Of a stretch of DNA of 12,995 nucleotides, positions 9,732 to 12,995 are shown in pieces. The notes beneath the pieces are model-generated. The model was given only the letters and a program-made list of their open reading frames with translations. It was not told the origin of the DNA and ran no database searches. Position numbers and translations under genes: made by a program. The stretch covers positions 1-12,995 of the forward strand of contig JAQGDQ010002148.1 of NCBI GenBank assembly GCA_030141605.1, in the 5' to 3' direction. Each line of letters starts with the position of its first letter. The stretch's first letter is position 1. Origin of the DNA: Tubiluchus corallicola. Its lineage: Eukaryota; Animalia; Priapulida.

Positions 9732-10232
9732 CAGGGGTGTGCAAACTGCAGCCCAAGGGCCACTTTCGGGCCCGCCAAGAGAATTTGTGCGACCCACAAA
9801 GAGATTTGTCAACCTAATGAAAGTTCGGCCCGGGCGATTAATTGAGTGTATCCAGCTGAAGTCTGTGCCACGATCCCAAAGATAGTGCGGGTAGTTTTTT
9901 CTACTAGATCGGATGCCATTAACCCTTACAAGACGGTTGTAGCTTAATAACACTGTACTACACAGACTGTGTGATACACATTACTAATATGCATTGTAAT
10001 GAAATTACCACTACTTGTCCTGAAAGTAGAAATATATGGTTTGTAATATAAATTTCAATAACTTCCAAAATAGTTTCTCGAGTGTAGTAGTAATGATGTA
10101 TGCAGGTCGGACGCAAAAAAATCGTTATTAGGCCTTTCTATACTTGGCTCCTTGATCAAACTGCCTGTGGCCCCCAGGAATTGCGGGAAAGTTTAATGTG
10201 GCCCGGCTAGTCAGATAATTTGCACACCCCTG
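9732..10232 (-). mobile_element. hAT-type MITE, copy 3 (501 bp, full length)
   Basis: TIR CAGGGGTGTGCAAA at both ends and a degenerate 8-bp TSD GTTCAACT / ATTTAACT (6/8). Same orientation as copy 2. Confidence 0.92.
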
Positions 10233-10470
10233 ATTTAACTGTTTAACCGTTTACAAAATCATTAACCATTTAACCGTTACTTAATAAAGTTTTCTACGCA
10301 ACCATATTAATAAAACCTTGTATCTTTCCTGAGTTGGTGTCCGCAGTTAGCAATGTCCAGCAATGTCCAGCTTACATAAAACTGCACTATTTACAACATT
10401 GTTTCAATTAATCTGATTGCCTAAGAAATATGTAAACGGTTAAATGCAAAAAGTTTTTCACTCGCGTATG

Positions 10471-10600
10471 TTACGAGGATGCCGGCATGTTGGAAATACT
10501 CACTGGCGCACGCTAGATTTGCACCCCACCCCTGCATACATTACGAGGATGCCGCCACATTGGACATTGTCCCCGGTGCATGCTAGATTTGAACCGCACC
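10471..10600. repeat. Diverged tandem duplication, 70-bp period, inside the TAGGG element
   Basis: TTACGAGGATGCCG...TTGGA...GCTAGATTTG.ACC.CACC at 10471 and 10541. Confidence 0.85.
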
Positions 10601-10761
10601 ATTAGTCGTGTATGACACAAGTCATGTGCATGCGTTATATGTATTTCTTATATGTATGACGGCATAGGGAAAGGTTGAATGGTTAACTGACTGCAATTAA
10701 TAACATTTAAATGCTTAGTTAAGAAGCCTAGCCCATCTCAGCCCTACTTGACACTAAACTG

Positions 10762-11222
10762 CAGGGATGAGATTGACAAATTGCAAAAAACTCTCAAACA
10801 GGCCGGGGGTTTGGGGGCCGCATAGGCCATAGAGAACCTCTAAGTGGACTTAAAATATCAATTACCTTGTTTCATGCATAATTTAAAATACCCAACTATC
10901 AAGGATACACGATACCTAATTGTCTCAAAAACGTCTAAGTAATGGCCGCTCCTATGCAAAAGTATATAAAAACTGTCTGCAATTGACTCAAATAACTCCG
11001 CACAATTGATTCTATATTTTTATACATAGAGATATAAACATGGTTACACTGATGTATGTGATGTAAACAAAGTGACGGCCTGCCAACTAGTGGTCAGCTT
11101 GTGAAATAATGTCCTGGGACCGTAAAAATTTTCTTAACGAATTTACACGATTTACAAAAATGGCAATACTGGTCTTCCAAAAACGCGGAATTCCGCTTAT
11201 CCGTGGAAAATTCTCATCCCTG
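10762..11222. mobile_element. MITE with 11-bp TIR and 6-bp TSD (hAT6-like)
   Basis: CAGGGATGAGA ... TCTCATCCCTG forms a perfect 11-bp TIR. AAACTG flanks both sides directly (10756-10761, 11223-11228). Confidence 0.8.
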
Positions 11223-11335
11223 AAACTGACACATCAAATGCTGCCACTTGTGTGAGAAATATGACAGAGAAAATAGCAGTAACCCAATGGAAGGAATCAA
11301 ACATATATGATTGTAAAGCTCAGAATTCATGATAC

Positions 11336-11486
11336 CTATTGCTACCACAAGCTAAAACTCCTCCGTTTGTTGTCACTAGCATAGATCCATCTACACCGCA
11401 GTGAATGCTTCGCCCCTGGTAACCTTCGATTATTGGTACAAGTTGAGGTGAAGCAAAAGACTCCTGGTTTCCAAGACCCAAACGTC
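11336..11486 (-). CDS. NEK8: NEK8-like kinase, internal RCC1 exon: (G)RLGLGNQESFASPQLVPIIEGYQGRSIHCGVDGSMLVTTNGGVLACGSNR
   Basis: 151 nt, TTTTTTAACTTGCAG acceptor, AG|GTATCA donor, phase 1-2. Resembles the NEK8 segment GRLGLG...CGIDSSMIL...LACGSNR as recalled. Not shown in the ORF track. Confidence 0.92.
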
Positions 11487-11559
11487 CTGCAAGTTAAAAA
11501 AAGCTCTGTAGAAAACTTAAACAGCTATCAGACTGATTGATTAATTAAGAATAGGACAC

Positions 11560-12995
11560 AGACGTTCAGTCACGTAAAAAAGTGCAGTCACGTACAAAAA
11601 TTCATTCACGTGCAAAAATTCAGTCACGTACAAAAATTCAGTCGCGTACAAAAGTGCAGTCGCGTGCAAAAATTCAGTCACGTACAAAACTGCAGTCACG
11701 TGCAAAAGCGCAGTCGCGTGCAAAACTGCAGTCGCGTGCAAACGTTCAGTCGCATGAAAAACTGCAGTCGCGTGCAAAAATGCACTCACGTACAAAAGCA
11801 CAGTCACGTGCAAAAGTTCAGTCGCGTGCAAAAGTGCAGTCACGTACAAAAGCACAGTCGCGTGCAAAAGTGCAGTCACGTGCAAAACTGCAGTCGCGTG
11901 CAAAAGTGCAGTCACGTACAAAAGTGCAGTCGCGTGCAAAAGTGCAGTCGCGTGCAAAAGTACAGTCGCGTGCAAAAGTGCAGTCACGTGCAAAACTGCA
12001 GTCGCGTGCAAAAGTGCAGCCACGTACAAAAGTGCAGTCGCGTGCAAAAGTGCAGTCGCGTGCAAAAGCGCAGTCACGTGCAAAAGTTCAGTCACATACA
12101 AAACTGCAGTCACGTACAAAAGTGCAGTCACGTACAAAAGTGCAGTCGCGTGCAAAAGTTCAGTCACGTACAAAACTGCAGTCGCGTGCAAAAGTGCAGT
12201 CGTGTGCAAAAGTGCAGTCGCGTGCAAAAGTGCAGTCACGTACAAAACTGCAGTCGCATGCAAAAGTGCAGTCACGTGCAAAAGTTCAGTCGGGTGCAAA
12301 ACTGCAGTCACGTACAAAAGTGCAGTCACGTACAAAACTGCAGTCGCGTGCAAAAGTGCAGTCGCATGCAAAACTGCAGTCGCGTGCAAAAGTGCAGTCA
12401 CGTACAAAACTGCAGTCGCGTGCAAAAGTGCAGTCGCGTGCAAAAGTGCAGTCACGTACAAAACTACAGTCGCGTGCAAAAGTTCAGTCGCGTGCAAAAA
12501 TTCAGTCAAGTACAAAAGTGCAGTCGCGTACAAAACTGCAGTAGTATACAAAAGTGCAGTCACGTACAAAAGCACAGTCGTGTGCAAAAGCAAAAGTCCA
12601 GTCACGACAAAACACACGTACAAAAGCACAGTCGCAAAACACACACCCAAAACACCCAAAACAAAACAAAACACAACAAAAACAAAGTACAAAAGCGCAG
12701 TCGCGTACAAAAATTCAGTCAAGTACAAAAGTGCAGTCACGTACAAAAATTCAGTCAAGTACAAAAGAGCAGTCGCGTACAAAAATTCAGTGAAGTACAA
12801 AAGTGCAGTCTTGTACAAAAATTCAGTCACGTACAAAAGTGCAGTCACGTACAAAAGCGCAGTCGCATACAAAAGTGCAGTCGCGTGCAAAAGTTCAGTC
12901 ACGTACAAAAGTGCAGTCACGTACAAAAGTTCAGTCACGTACAAAAGTGCAGTGGCGTGCAAAAGCGCAGTCGCGTGCAAAAGTTCAGTCACTTA
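11560..12995. repeat. 18-bp minisatellite (intronic), roughly 75-80 units
   Basis: Unit AAAAGTGCAGTC(G/A)CGT(G/A)C with variants (AAAACTGC, AAAAGTTC, AAAAATTC). An A/C-rich interruption lies at ~12600-12690. Confidence 0.97.

Larger units (their letters stand above)
9704..10746. mobile_element. TAGGG-type hAT MITE hosting a nested MITE
   Basis: TIR TAAGGTTGAGACG vs reverse complement TAGGGCTGAGATG (10/13). 8-bp TSD CTTGACAA (9696-9703) / CTTGACAC (10747-10754). Subterminal TTAACCGTT / AACGGTTAA motifs. Confidence 0.75.

Noticed and set aside
4168-11486. Assignment as NEK9, RCC1 or a HERC-family gene
   Set aside because: Motif order (LACGSNR-YNKLGL, FGSNQFGQLG, WGKGTRGRLG, SHGST) and termination right after the last blade match NEK8 best from memory. 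A BLASTP of the spliced peptide would confirm this.
11541-12992. 483-aa, 320-aa and 79-aa ORFs as real genes (for example protamine- or H1-like)
   Set aside because: An 18-bp unit without stops gives open frames automatically. Starts are GTG, no unique domain is present, and the array is apparently intronic to NEK8.

Overview
AT-rich eukaryotic (metazoan-like) genomic DNA. It carries the 3' part of a minus-strand, intron-containing NEK8-like gene: four exons, at 11486-11336, 8114-7960, 5099-4932 and 4322-4168, splice in frame through GT-AG introns into the C-terminal RCC1 repeats. The kinase domain would lie beyond the right edge of the window. The introns and 3' flank are dense with repeats: a (GA)n tract, 44-, 48- and 18-bp tandem arrays, a tRNA-like Pol III element, and several non-autonomous DNA transposons. 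These include TTAA-flanked Kolobok-like elements, three copies of a CAGGGGTGTGCAAA hAT-type MITE (one nested in a TAGGG-type MITE, two forming a ~0.9-kb inverted repeat) and an element with a 6-bp TSD. Almost all ORFs in the supplied track are repeat artefacts. I see no convincing new multi-gene system. The most interesting signals are repeat-splicing interactions: a minisatellite built from an exon's own splice donor, a donor overlapping the stop codon, a MITE hairpin and a candidate poison exon. All alignments and identities were judged by eye.
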